The notes under the pieces were generated by a model, which was given only the letters and a program-made list of their open reading frames with translations, made no database searches and had not been told where the DNA came from. From the NCBI RefSeq assembly GCF_004010195.1, contig NC_057726.1:63172467-63236466 (forward strand): a stretch of 64,000 nt of DNA, given 5' to 3'. This DNA comes from Chiloscyllium plagiosum. Its lineage: Eukaryota. The position numbers and the translations under genes were made by a program. This document shows, in pieces, positions 38,663 to 52,209 of the stretch. Numbering within the stretch: the first letter of the stretch is position 1; each line of letters begins with the position of its first letter.

Positions 38663-41600
38663 CCTATCAACAAACTTTGCAGTCGGTCAGCTGTGTATTG
38701 AACTTTTAAAAAAACATTTTTTTTTAACAAAAAAAAACTTTTTTTTAAAAAACAGACGTCTTTTGCAAATTCTAAGTCAGTCTCCCTGGAGTGAGATGAA
38801 CTTTTGACGTAACTGCATCTGAATATGGTGAAGAAATAATGGGAGAGGCAAAGGTTGTCAACAGATGGATGGTTTCCAAATTGCTATTGGTTTTCTTTCC
38901 TTTTTTTTAAAATTGTCTCCACGTCCTCAGATATTTTGATTGTTCCTTTAGTGGCCAAGCAGACGTCTGGCTCTAACTCTATCATTGATCTCGTTGTGTG
39001 GTACCCCTGGAGGTGGTGCCTGGGAATCACATTGGTCTTCCAGATACCTGGATTGGAGTCAGCTGCTCTGGATTGACACTTCATGTGAAAAGCCATCTTC
39101 TCATGCTTTTTGGTGCCAAGCCTGCCTTCTGTTTATCGTCGAGACATTTTTCCCTTCCCCCATCTGCTTTCAATGGATCGTGCCACTGGCCTCTTCAGTA
39201 CTAGCCCTATCTCCTTCCACTAACTGTTCAACGTACGACCTCACCAGATCGAATAGTCTCTTCCGTGGCAGGTGGGCATTATAAACCTTGGTCAGTTTAG
39301 AAGTTGAGATGAGGATGTTTTGTTTTTGTGCTTAATTTTATTTTTAATCCAACACTTGTTCTCGATCAGGTTACTTTAAAAGCTGATTTCCTCCTCAATA
39401 TCCACCTTTGTAATCTTCCACAACTGCGGGTGTGTTGCCTCTTTTTAATGTCGGTTTGGACACTGTTTCCAGTCTGATTCCCACTGTTCTACTCATCCAA
39501 TGTATGCAATCCTGCTCATCCAGGCTAAATGGATTATAAGATTGGTGCAAATGGACAAGAACGCTGTCAAACCTCACCCAGTGGATGGCCCGAATGGCTT
39601 TCTTCTGTGCTGGGATCATTTGGTGACTTCTTTGTCGCTTTTTAAGAATTTCCCTTCCATTGAAAGGGATTGGAAAGCCTATTTGGGTAGTTCCAAAGTT
39701 GGTGATTCCAAAGGGTGGTTCTTGAAATGTCATCGCCACTGAAGAGTTGACGTGCAAATTGCTTTTCTCATGGTGTATTGCAAAGAACGGTCACTCTCGA
39801 GTGACCTTGTCAGCTTGGATGTGAACCTGTGGCACTATTTTAAGTATTTTTAACTCCCCCCATTCCCCGACCTGTTTCTCCCATTTTCTTGACTCCTTGA
39901 GGAGCTCCCCTCATGGACCACTGTCAGGCTGCTGATGTTGCCCATGAGAAGCACAATCAGTTGTACAGTCAAAAGTCACACTGCCACCAGTTGTCATGAC
40001 AATCTGCTTTCCCTAGTTGATGTCTTCCAATTTGTTCATGGGTGAAGATGGTGCTGAGGCTGTTTCCTGGTGATTGTCACTGTGGTGACCTTGGCATTGT
40101 TTATAGAGCAAGTAAAGTCAGAATGGCTCACCTTAAGCGAAACATACTTGTGCTTGACATTGCACATACACATCGTGCTAAAATTCAAACTCCATTCCTT
40201 TGTTAAACATAATATGGATCTTAAATGGCTCAGCCACTTGGCCTGACTCGAGGTGGATTCCGTTAACTCCTGGGGGGATTTGAAGACAAGTTGGGGGTGG
40301 GATAGTGATTGAGAGTTTTACTGGGGCTTGCCTCACGCTGGGGCTCAGGGAAGTCTGGATGCTTAGAACCCCTGGGTGTCACTGTTTTACAATGCGTCTC
40401 ACTACAAAGGTAGCACACTAACAAGAGAGGGCCTAGCATCCTCATTGCTTCATATCTAGAGGAGAAGAGTGAGCTGATGGAATTGGGGAACTCATTGAGT
40501 TGTTTCACTTCCTGTTGGTATCTAGCCTGACAGCACTGTTGTCATGTTCAGTCTACGTGGTGCCCCGGTTCTAGATGATTTTCTATCTCTGCATGCCTTT
40601 CCCTCCTCTATGCCCGAGATGAGAGTTCAGTGAAACGTTGATCACGCTGCAAAACAATGTTTTTTTTTCTGTCCGTCCATGAGATGTGAATGTCAGTGGC
40701 TGGGCCAGCATTTCTTGCCTATCCCTAGTTGCTCTGTTTGAAGGGGGGAATGGTGAGCAGCTGTCTTGCACCGCTGCATCTGGTGTAGAGACAACCACAA
40801 TGCTGTTGGGAAAGGTGGGCCAGGAGTTTGACCCAGTGACATTGAAGGAATGACGATACGTTTCCAAGTCAGGATGATTTATGGCTTGATGGGAACTGAG
40901 AGTTGTGGTGTTCCCATGTATTATCTGCTGCTCTCCTAAGTAGTAGAGGTTGTGAGTTTGAACTGTGTTGTGTAAGGAGCCTTGTTACAGTGCATCTTGA
41001 CTGTGCACGCTGCTGCTAGGTGGGTCAGTCGTGGAAGGAGTGAATGTTTCAATTGAATGCTTTGCTTATGTTGCACTAAGAAGTTAAAGTGTTGCCTTAA
41101 AGGGAAACAAACAGTCAGAAACTGGAGGTAATTGTGGGTGGAATCCAGTTTGTGTCGGAGATGCGTGCAGTGGTATATCTGACAGGGAGGAACTGAGAGT
41201 AGTTCATGGGCTCGCTCACTCTACGACCAGCCGAACTAGAGCTGACGTTTCAGGCCAGGGAGCCACTGTTTAAGGTGAAGGAGAATGTCCTTTATTTCAT
41301 AACTTGTAGCTGTGAGATCAGGTGATTCTGGTTTGAATGTTCCCACACATCAGACTAGCCTTATATAGTACAGAACTATCTTCCTGTGCTGTGCTGGGTC
41401 CATTGTTTGAACTCCACCCCTACACATGACCACACTCTCTTCCTGTCAAGTTTTACCGAATTGCCCCTTGTATTTCCTGACACAGACCACAGTGAGCACT
41501 AATAGTCTTCCAGGAGAGCTGTCTTTATTCGCTGACCTACTGCTGACCTTTGGTGAGTTCCTGGGCAATGTCTCGTGGCTCACTCAGGGACTAGTCACGT

Positions 41601-41689
41601 CTCTTAGCGTGCAGTGTTCACAACTGAGATTTGTTGTGGTTTCACAGGGGCCAACTTCTTATGCTCTCAGTTCAGTTACCCTCATTATT

Positions 41690-42100
41690 TATAGAACCAT
41701 GCAGTACTGAAGAGGCTCTCTGGCCAATTGAGACTGTACCGCTAAAAGTACATGAGTACCTACACTAGTCCCACTGGCCTGCATTAGGCCCATAGCCTTG
41801 AGTGTTATGACATTTCAAGTGCTCATCCAAGTACTCATCTGCTTTACTCTCTCAGGCAACGCATTCCAGACCCCCACCACCTTCTGGGTGAAAAACCTTT
41901 TCCTCAAATCCTGTCAGACTTCCTGCCTTTCACTTTAAGGTTATGCCCCCTAGCTATTGACCTTTGAGTAAGGTGAACAGCTGTTCCTGCCTCCACCTTC
42001 TCTGCTCCAAAGAAAGCAACCTGAGCTTATTCAGCCTCTCTCCTTTGCTGAAGTGCTCCATTCCAGGCAGCATCGTGGTGAATCTCCTCTGGACCTGCTC
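41690..42100 (-). mobile_element. CR1 LINE 3' fragment
   Basis: atagaaccat tail; ggcaacgcattccagacccccaccaccttctgggtgaaaaa. Confidence 0.8.
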
Positions 42101-43019
42101 CGTTCATAGCGATCGCCTTGTTTACCCAGATGTGGCATTAAAGAGATTCATTGAGATGTTTGACTGAGAGAGTTGGTGTCTCTGAAGGATGGCCCAATCT
42201 GGACCGATCACTCCAGATTGCTTGTGTTCTCTCTCTCGTTTGCGCACATCTTTCTTGTCTCTCCCTGTTCTCTCTCATTTGTATGTATCAGTGTCTTTTT
42301 CTCTCTCCTTCACTTGTCCTGTTACTAGCCATCAAGGTATAGCTTCTTCAGTGAAGCCCTTTGGTTTTATGTTTTTCTTCAAGGTAAGCACAATGTGTTC
42401 CTATGTAACGTTTCCCATTCCTGTGTTATCAACACATTCATGCGCTTAGCTGGTGCTATATCTACCGGCTAGAATGTTGCACAGATACAATACTGATGGG
42501 AACCGCCACTCTGGCTTGACAGTTCACCTCAGATGTTCCCCTCCAACTCACTTTCCTTTTTTCAGAAGGAGGCTATTTATGCGCAGGTGCCTTTGCAAGC
42601 TCTGTGAAAGATCTATGAAATTAGTCCCGATGCTCTTTAGCTCTTCAATTGTTTCCCCATGTTTATCCACTTCCCTTTTGAGTGTCCATTTAATCTACTT
42701 TGACCATCCTTTTGGGCAGTACATTGCAGTTGATAACAATTTGCGTTAGAAGAGAGATTAGAAATTTCACCTCTTGCCAATTAGCTTGGGTCTCAGACCT
42801 TGGCTTACCAACGTTGTTTTATGTAGGTATCTATTGTATCGAAGTCTCTCGTGATTGTAATGCTTTGTTGAAACCTCCATTGACTTTGTCTACTCTGCAA
42901 GCTGGTACTGTTTCCACACAATGAGGTGTCTCATCTCTGCTACCATTCTCGTAAAGTGTTTCTGCGCCCTCTCCGAGGCGTTGACATACTTCCTGAAGGG
43001 TTCTGCCCAGATTTTTTGT

Positions 43020-44520
43020 TTTATTCATCAACTGTGTGTATCACTGGCTAGGCCAGCATTGGTAGCTCAGCCCTCATTGCTCGCAAGAAGATGGTGCTGA
43101 GCTGTCGTCTTAAACTGCTGCAGGCCTTGGGTTGTAGAGAAACCACAGTAGTTAGGAAGGAGTTTCAGGACTTTGATCCAGTGACAGTGAAGGAATGGCG
43201 ATAGAGTTCCCAAATCGGGGTGCTGAGTGGCTTGGGAGAGCACTTGCTGGTGGTGGTGTTTCCATATATCTGCTGCCCTTGCCCTTCAAGGCAAAAGCAA
43301 TTATTGATTTGGAAAGTGCTGTCTAAGGAGCCTCGGTGAGTTCTGCAATGCATCTTGTAGAGGGTACACACTCTGCATCGGTGTGGGAGGGAGTGAATGT
43401 TGAAATTGATGGATAGGGTGCCAAAACAAGCAGGCTGCTCTGACATGGATGCTGTCAAGCTTCTAGAGTGTTGGTGGAAGTGCACTCATCCAGGCAATGG
43501 GGAATATACCACCATATTCCCATTGTGGATTGTGGACAGACTTTGGGGAGACAATAGGTGAGTTTCTACTCAACCTCTGACCTGTGCTTAGAGCTGCAGT
43601 GGTAATGTGGCTAGTCCAATTCACTTTCTAGTCAAAGGTAATCCCCAGCATTTGGTAAGGACTGTTCTGGTGATAGAAATGCCACTGAATGTGAAGGGGT
43701 GATGATTAGATTCTCTCTTGTTGGACATTGGTTATTGCCTGGTACTTGTGTGAGAGGAATGTTAGCTGCCAAAAATCAGTTGTCCAGGTCCAGTTGTCCT
43801 GGATGTTGTCCAGGTCTTATCACATGTGAACATGGGCTGCTTCATTTGGACACAGGCTTCTTCAGTCTCTCAGAAGTTAGGAATAGTACTGATTATCTTT
43901 CACTGACGATAACACAACCATACTTCCTGCAGTTATGGCTGGAAGATCATCAAAGCAGCTGAAAGCAGTTGGGCCTGTTTTGAGGAGCTCCTGCAGAGAT
44001 GTTGTGGAGCTCAGAGGATTGATTTCCAACAACCACAACCATCTTCCTTTATGCTCGGTATGACTCCAACCAAAAGCGAGTCCCATTGACTTCAGTTTCA
44101 TTTGGTCTCCTTGATGCCACAAGTGCATTGCAGTCAATGGAAGTGGCACTCACTGCATCTCAGGATTTCCGCACTTTTCATCTATGTTTGGTGCGAGACT
44201 CTGTAATGAGGTCAAGAGCTACTGGGGACATGGTGAAACTCAAATTGAGGGACAGCAGATTATTTCTTTCCACGTTGCAGTTGATAGTGTTCCATCGTTT
44301 TGCTGATGATTGAGCGTAGAGTTGTAGGAAGGCAATTGACAGGATTTATCCCTGACTCTGGACACAGGACATATTCACATGTTATCCAATGTTGTCAGGT
44401 TGATGTCAGTGTTATAACTGAACTGGAACAGCTTGTTTAGAGGAGCACAGGACTTCAGTTCTGTGATTGGAATATTGTCAGGGCCCACAGTCCATGGTAT
44501 CCAACGTCTTCAGCTGCTGT
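43020..44520 (-). mobile_element. L2/CR1-clade LINE fragment
   Basis: Same family as 3700-5450 (tcactggctaggccagcatt, gaaggagtttcaggactttgatccagtgacagtgaaggaatggcgata). Confidence 0.78.
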
Positions 44521-45881
44521 TTGAAGATATGAAGATATCACATTGGACGCTGTGCTCCAATTTGAAGCCTGAGGCAAAGCAACTTTTTGTAAAAGCTTTA
44601 TAGTACCTCCTTTTGCTTGATTTGGATATCCTTTGTCCCCCTCCCCTTTCATGAATCTTCAACACTTCCATTTGAGCTCCTGATCAGATTAAACTCTCCT
44701 TGGAGCTAATGTCCACCCAAGACACGAACACTACCTTGATGTGGAGAGACTCCCTCGCATACTTGGGTGGGAGAGATTAATCTCTCTTTCCTCCTTGTCA
44801 CAACTTGATGCATTTTCTTCTTCTGTCCTCCTTGCTGCGGCCTTCTCCTGTTCCAGTTCAAACTTTCTCAATATCAGAGCAGCATACTGTTCTGTGTAAG
44901 AAATCCTTTAGCTGTTCACTGTCTTCACCTACCTCTTCTCTTGCAGTCTTTTTGAATTTCACTGCTTTCCTGCTCATGGGGGCTTGGACCCTCCTTTCGT
45001 ATCTAAATTGTCGAGGTACTGCAGTCAAATTTGTGTTTCCTAGCACACAGGAGGGCCATTAAATCAAAAACCCCAATTAAACCATTTTGGTTTCAGGTAA
45101 CAGGAGGAATTGGGTAAAATATGCCTTGACGATTCCTGAGAGGTTTAGAGGCTCCCCACTAAACATGCAGAGCGAAAGGCTCCAACCGTCTGTACACATT
45201 GCTCATCGATCGCCGGCTCACTGCTGTCGGATCTTTCTAGTTTCCAACACCAGCATTGGCCTTACCTGGAGCTCTGTTGTTTTAAAACCTGACTCTCTGA
45301 AAGTATAACAGAAAAACCACACCATGGAACCTGGCTGAGGATCCTGCCTCAAATCCAAGTAGTAACCCATGATTTGTTGAAAGGGAGGCCTGTTTGTATT
45401 TGAAATTTTATTGAACCCATGAGCAATGTTCTAATGTTGGATTTGGTTTGGAGCTTGCTGAGCTGTTTTTGGGCCTCTCTCCCGTCCACCCATAATCCTT
45501 GGGCAAAAGAGAATAATGAGGTTAATGGCTTCCTCGATTTTTGTATCGGTTTTAATTTGAAGGTATTTTAAAAGGGAGTTTTTAAACATGCCCCCTACAT
45601 TCTTTGTATGGACGTTTGAATTTCTGGGGCTTGACAGTTAATTGTCAAAAGAGATTTTGATTTAATAGATAGCTGAATTACACTTGAATGTAAAAGGCTT
45701 TACGTGGTGTAAAACCCAAGCTTTCCACCCTGAAAGACTACCCTAAAAGGATGAAAACTCTTAAAAATACTGAAGACAAGAGATGTATCTAAAGTGGCCC
45801 TAATTTCAGGCTTACTTTCATCTCCTGGACCCCTTAACTTGTCATAAGTCCCTTGTTCATTGTTTGAGCTAAAAGATCAGA

Positions 45882-45968
45882 TGTGTGTGTCTGTGTGTGT
45901 ATGTATGTGAGAGAGAGGGAGTCTGTGTCTGTGTGAGAGTGTCTGTGTGTGTGTGTTTGTGTATATAT
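45882..45968. repeat. Compound (GT)/(GA) microsatellite
   Basis: tgtgtgtgtctgtgtgtgtatgtatgtgagagagagggagtctgtgtctgtgtgagagtgtctgtgtgtgtgtg. Confidence 0.85.
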
Positions 45969-47069
45969 AGAATGAGGCTAGTTACTAGGCAGTAGAGGAC
46001 ATTTTACTGAAAATGAGGGGGTGAAAGTATGATTGTCACCACTGGATATCGGAGTTAAGGTCCCGCAGGGTAGGAGATCCTTTGGCTTTCCACCCCTTTT
46101 CTCAATAAACAAAGTTTCAGTTTTGCCTAGTGCCAACGTCACACATTTTAAATCTACTGCCTGACTGTTTGAGTCCTTGTAAAAGCTAGTGACTCCTCCC
46201 ATTTCTTTTAAGCTAAAGACAGTTGGATTGTTTTAACAGTAACAAAAGAATGCTGGGCATGTGCAGCAGCTCGGGTAGCATCTGTGGCGAGGGAAAGTCA
46301 GAGTTTGTGTTTCAGGACAGTGACTTTTCATTACTTCTGGAAAATATTTTGGCCTAAATTGTTAATTCTGTTTCTCTGTCTACAGATGCGACCAAACCTG
46401 CTGAGTATTTTCCAGCGTCTTTGATATTTTCCTTTTGGATTGTTTTATCATTTTGCTTTGTCTAGTTAGGGATTTATGGGTGGCGTTTTATGATAAGAAT
46501 GTAAGATAACACTTTTTATTTGGTTCTCAAGAAGAAAAAAAATTATTTTTGTACTTTTGTGAGGGGGACATTTGAAATCAACACATGCCAGTTATTGTAG
46601 AATTTATAATATGGTCTTTCGTAAATTGATATTCATCTCAATATAGCACTTTAGAGAAATCAGATGTTTATATTGTATCATAAGACAACAGATGGTCATT
46701 CCATTGTAGACAGTAGCTTTGCAAAGGAAGAATTTATATATTATTTTTCTTCTTGTATTTTAATAGTATCTGAGTCAGTTGAGGAAAATCATTTTGAAAT
46801 ACTACAACTTTATTGTCACATGTTTGCATACAATGTTTCCTCAGCTTAAGAAATTGTATTGTGCTTACCTCTTCCCCCCCCCCACCCCACCCTTTATAAT
46901 TTTTGTTTTTATGAGCTTTATTTTATTGGTTGAGCAATGTACCATGTTTGGCTGTTTTATGCCAGGTGATAAATGCATGTGTATCCTTATTAGTGCCCCT
47001 CCTTTGGCAGCTCTTCCTTGTACTGTTGTCGTGTTAACTGCAATGCATTTGGGAATTGTACAGTGTCTT

Positions 47070-47075
47070 AATAAA
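47070..47075 (+). terminator. Candidate distal polyadenylation signal AATAAA (E2F4 long 3' UTR?)
   Basis: AATAAA preceded by an AT-rich block with several TGTA motifs (about 46440-47070) and followed by T-rich sequence. Confidence 0.45.
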
Positions 47076-47774
47076 AAAAATCCTGTTTTTTGAATTAATT
47101 GCTTCCCATCAGTACATATAGCTTTTTGATCTCTGGTGATTAATAATCCCAGGGCCCAGAGCAGGAGTGGCCATTTTGTTCAGTGTGTGAATTAAGACTG
47201 ACTTCCCCTGGGTTTTGAGTGAGTGGGATTTGTCCTTGCGATTGCATAGACTCTGTCCTGCCTCCAGCTAGTATTGATAGCTGCACTTTTCTGAAAAGAG
47301 GTGGATGGTGCCTGTCCCCACCTCCGAACTGTATCCTGCTGCAGACAAATTGGGTTCCTCGTAAGTGTACAGATCCCACAATGTGGCACCAAATGCTACA
47401 ACATCAGGACCACCTTAAATTTCAGAAGCAGATTAGTGCGCATACAACAAACATTTCCAATGACCAATTCTTCTGCTTGTCTTCGCACTGAATTTCAGAC
47501 CAACAGCCCATGCTTTCTCCTGGGCTCCGTCACTCTCACCCTATTCATCATCTTCCAGCTCTTTACTTTCAAACTGAAGCCTGTGGTTTTCAAAATAGGA
47601 ATCTGGCTCTAACATGATCCTCAAGGCTTTTTTGTTAGTCAGCTATTGATGACTCTGGGTGTGTCAGATTTAGAGTCATAGAGATGTACAGCATGCCGAC
47701 CAGATATCCCAACCCAATCTAGTCCCACCTGCCAGAACCTGGCCCATATCCCTCCAAACCGTTCCTTTGCATAT

Positions 47775-48105
47775 TTTTATTCATTTACAGGATGTGTGCA
47801 TCACTGCCTAGGAAGCATTTATTTCTCATCCCTAATTGCCCAGTAGTTAAGAGCCAACCACATTGCTGTGGGCCTGGAGTCACGTACAGGCCAGAACACA
47901 CAAGGATGGCAGTTTCTTTCCCTAAAGGATTTTGGTGAACCAGATGAGTTTTTCCCCAACAATCGACAATGGATTCGTGATCATCATTAGACTCTTAATT
48001 GAGGATTGAACTTAAATTCCACCACCTGCCATGACGGGATGTCAAGCTGGGTCCCCAGAGCATTGTCTGGCCTCTGGATTAATGTCCCTGGGCTATCACC
48101 TCCCC
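47775..48105 (-). mobile_element. tRNA-derived SINE with L2-like tail
   Basis: ttttattcatttacaggatgtg..ccctaattgccc..gttaagagccaaccacattgctgtgg..ttccctaaagga..attccaccacctgccatg..ggtccccagagcatt. Confidence 0.75.
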
Positions 48106-49879
48106 CTTTTCTATTTCTCGGTTGATTGGGTGCAATCAGGTGATGCTTGGCCCATTCCCTTCACGGGGGAATAGTGGTAGGAAGGTGCCCCGACAATGCA
48201 GAAACCAACTTCACTGCCTGTATACAACCCAACTGGTTTCAGCTCAGTACAGAAACTGGAGTGGAAGGGCTGATTCATTCAGTTCAAATATATAAACCGG
48301 ACTCTTGTTTGAATGAAGTGATAGTTTCTGCAGTTTGATAGAAACGTTTACATTTCCTGTGATTTGATGAACTTGTCAACCTGAAATGCCGGCTCTGATT
48401 TCTGTTTGCACGTACTGTGTGGCCTACTGATTATTTCCAAGACTTGCTCTGTCTGTTGTGTTTTGGAGCTGTTGGCTCGGGGCTAAGTATTGGCTATAGG
48501 CAGCAGCTCCCTCCCAGTGCTCGGATTCCTGTCAGCACAGTGATAAAATCAGCCGCTGGGGAGCAAGGCCTTCACATTGAGCAGGCTTTCTCAGCAATTG
48601 GCCTGTAGGCCCTGCAAATATATGGCCTTCCTGAAGCTCGGTGCGACTAATTCAAGGTATGGACTTTACCGTAAGTGAGCTGCAGGTTTACTTTGGTGAG
48701 GGACATTCCAGTCAATGGGAATTGATGCAAGCTAAGTTTCCAGTGGGGAGTCAACCTTTTGCTGTGTGCTGAGAGTGATGTATTCACCACCCGAGCAGGG
48801 ATACCATTATGTAGTTCAGCACCTGATTGGTGAAATTAGCAGATGAGTTGGATCATGGGATGTTAATCTAAGTAGATGCTATGCATGAAGACTTTCGGCA
48901 CAGGAGGAGGCCGTGGACTCGTTGCTGGCTCCCTAACAGCAATCTCGTCCGTCCTATTCATTCCAATCTCGTAGTCCTGGAGCTTTGGTTCCCTCGTGTC
49001 TTTTCATTTAAATCTTGGCTTGCACCACCACATTTTTTTTTGTCACATAATTATTTCCTAAAACGTCCTGGCACCTCTTGCCCAAAACCAAACACATCTG
49101 CGACCTGAACATTGGTGCCATCAGCCACTGAGAACAGCCCTTCTTTAACTATGAGATCTAAACCAGCCATGAGAGAAAGGGAGGACTGGCAACCAGAGTC
49201 GAAGAGTGTGCTGCTGGAAAAGCACAGCCAGTCAGGCAGCATCCGAGGAGCAGGAGAGTCGACGTTTTGGGCGTTAGGGCTTATGCCCACATTGTCGTCG
49301 TGTACCTCCGTCAAATCTCCCCTCAATCCCCTTTGCTCCTGACTTTGCAACATTGCAACTAAATTACCTTGTCCCTGGAGCCATTTTGGTAAATCTCTGC
49401 ACTTTCTCAACAACCTTTGCATCCTTCCTAATGAGTGCTGACCAAAATTGGACACTGTGTTGCAGCTGGGCATTTGTTTGAGCTGTGTAAAGGTTCAGTA
49501 TAACTTGCCTGGTTTTGTGCTTGATGCTTCTGGTTTTGAAACCCATTGGCTTTGTTAACAATTTGCAACACTTTGAAAGATCAATGCAAACGAACCATGA
49601 GCTCCTCTGTTCCTTCTCACTCTTTGGAACAAGGTCATTAATCCCTGTTGTCCCTCCCCATCCCTCCTACCTGTACGATAACATCCCAGGGCTGAGTAAA
49701 AGACAGACATTTCCAAACTGTTGGTAATCACAAAAATGGAACCCTGACTGATAGCTGTGCTGACCTGGTCCTGGGTTATTAGATGATGAGAGGGAAAATG
49801 GGAGTGAAAGTAGACCGTTTGACCCATCAGGTTCTCTCTGCCGTTCATTGAGACATGGCCGATCTTCGACATCAGCACC

Positions 49880-50490
49880 ATTTTCTGCACTGTCCCATAG
49901 ACATAGGGGCAAAAGTGGACCATTCAGCCCATTGAGTGTGCTCTGCCATTCATTGAGATCATGGCTGATCTGATTCTGAACTCCACTTGACTCCCTTGAT
50001 GATTTAAATATCTCAGCCTTGACTATATTTATTGATCCAGTGTCAAAAACCTTCTGCAGCAAAGAATTCCACAAATTCACTGCCCTCGGGGAGAAGAAAT
50101 TCCTCTCCATCTTTGTCGTGAATGGGTAACCCTTTATTCTGAGGTAATGCCCTCTGGTCCTATGCTGTCCCACATCAACCTCCCCACATCTTTCCTGTTA
50201 AGCCCCCTAAGAATGCTGTGTGCTTCAGTAAGGTCACCTCATCCTTCAAACCTCCACTAAGCACAGGCCCAATCTACTCAACCTGTCCTCATTAGGCAGT
50301 CGCTCCATATCTGGTATTGATCTAGTGAACCTTGACTGGACTGCCTCCAATGCCGGTATATCCTCCTTTAGGATAAGGGATGCAAAATTGGCCGTGATTT
50401 GTATAGTTATGGCAAGTCCTCCCTAGTTTTATACTCAGCTCCCTTTAAAGTAAAGGCCAAAATTCCATTTGTCTTAGCTATTACTTAGTA
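49880..50490 (-). mobile_element. CR1 LINE 3' fragment
   Basis: ORF 49667..50173 begins RTRGHYLRIKGYPFTTKMERNFFSPRAVNLWNSL. Confidence 0.85.
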
Positions 50491-50539
50491 GACCATTCAG
50501 CCCATTGAGTCAGCTCCACCTTCCAATAAAATTAAGTTA

Positions 50540-50835
50540 GATTAGATTCCCTACAGTATGGAAACAGGCCCTTCGGCCCAACAAGTCCACACCGACCCTC
50601 CGAAGAGCAACCCACCCAGACCCATTCCCCTACATTTACCCCTTCACCTAACGTTACGGACAATTTAGCATAGCTAATTCACCTCACCTGCACACCTTTG
50701 GACTGTGGGCAGAAACCGGAGCACCCGGAGGAAACCCACGCAGACACGGGGAGAATGTACAAACTCCACACAGACAGTTACCCGAGGCGGGAATTGAACC
50801 CGGGTCCCTGGTGCTGTGAGCCACCTTGCCACCCT
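50540..50835 (-). mobile_element. HE1-type SINE
   Basis: attagattccctacagtatggaaacaggcccttcggcccaacaag...gggaattgaacccgggtccctgg. Confidence 0.9.
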
Positions 50836-51954
50836 AGATTATGTGAGGTTGTGCACCTTGGCAGGACTAGAGGAGTTGAATATTATTTAAATTGAATTTA
50901 TTTATTTAAGTTGAATTTTATTTGAAATTTATTTAAGTTGAATATTATTTAAATTTGCATTTAAACTGCAGAAAGGTACAGAACAGAGGAATTTGGTGAA
51001 TTTTGCACATGGTAACCCAAAGTGCTCTGTTCTGTGGAGTTGGCTCAATGCACTAACTGGTCTACTTGCATCATACGGTCAGAAACCATTTGCTTCACTA
51101 ATGTTCTTTAGGCAGGTAAATCTACCATGCTTACCTGATTAGGCTCGCATGTCCTGGGGTCAAGTTCCAAGGAATGAAGGGGAACTATTTCCAGTTTTAA
51201 TGAAACGAAGAACTGCGATGTTGGAGATCTGAAACCAAAGCAGAAATAGCTGAATATACTCGGTAGGTCTGGCAGCATCTGTGGAGCGAGAGACAGAGTT
51301 CGAGTCCAGTGACCCTTATTCTGAAGAAAGATCATCAGAAAAGTTTTCAGACTCGGCTGGGGAATTGACTTTGATATCAAAACTGTAATTGGTGGCTATC
51401 TCATCCCTTTGCGTTTGTAGCATGCAGAAATCTTGTAATCTCAGTCATGAGCATAATCAATGACTAAGCCTCTTGGGGTACAGCATTTCAAAGATTCACC
51501 ACCTTCCTTGAAGCAATTTCTTATCATCTCAGTCCTAAATAACCTAATCCTTATTATGACATTCCACGCCTTGTGCTAGATTCTCTGAGACGAAGAAAAA
51601 GATACTTCCTGCATCTCCCCTGTCGAGCCCTGTAAGAATTTGAGGTTTCGATGCGAGTCAGTCTTCAAAACTTTTGTCTTCATCGGACAACCACAGTATT
51701 ACCAGGTTCCATTGTCCTCAAGAAGAGATTTATTAGACAAAAAACATTAACTCTATTTCTCTATCCACAGAAGTTGATAAAGCTACTATGATTCATTAGC
51801 ATTTTCTGTTTTTATTCCAGCAGCCCATTCTGATGAACCTCCACCGTACTCTCTCCATATATATCCTCACAGTACTCCAGGTGTGGTCAGGCTAAGGTTC
51901 TGTAGAATAGAATTAAGAAATCTTTACTCCTATACTCATCTTGTTACAGTAAAG

Positions 51955-52076
51955 TTAAAAATCACACAACACCAGGTTATAGTCCAACAGGTTTATTTGG
52001 AAGCACTAGCTTTCGGAGCTCTGCTCCTTCATCTCCACAACCACCTGATGAAGGACACCCCGGCATCTCCAAATCA
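51955..52076. mobile_element. Family-B hammerhead repeat with inverted stub, 13-bp TSD, inserted in CR1
   Basis: Direct repeat tgttacagtaaag at 51942-51954 and 52077-52089. Confidence 0.82.
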
Positions 52077-52103
52077 TGTTACAGTAAAGGCCAACGTACA
52101 ATT

Positions 52104-52200
52104 TGTTCTGAGGAAGAGTCACTCGATCCAAAACGTTAACTGATTTCTCTCTACAGATGCTGCCAGACCTGCTGAGCTTTCCCAGCAATTTCTGTTTTTG
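52104..52200 (+). mobile_element. Family-C short hammerhead repeat
   Basis: gtt CTGAGGA agagtc actc gatcc AAAA cgtt aac; stems I and II present, G12 lost (consistent with CpG decay). Confidence 0.75.
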
Positions 52201-52209
52201 TATACATTG

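Noticed and set aside
50875-50960. AT-rich repeated gttgaatattattt motif as a regulatory array
   Set aside because: Local slippage duplication within a CR1 remnant; low complexity.
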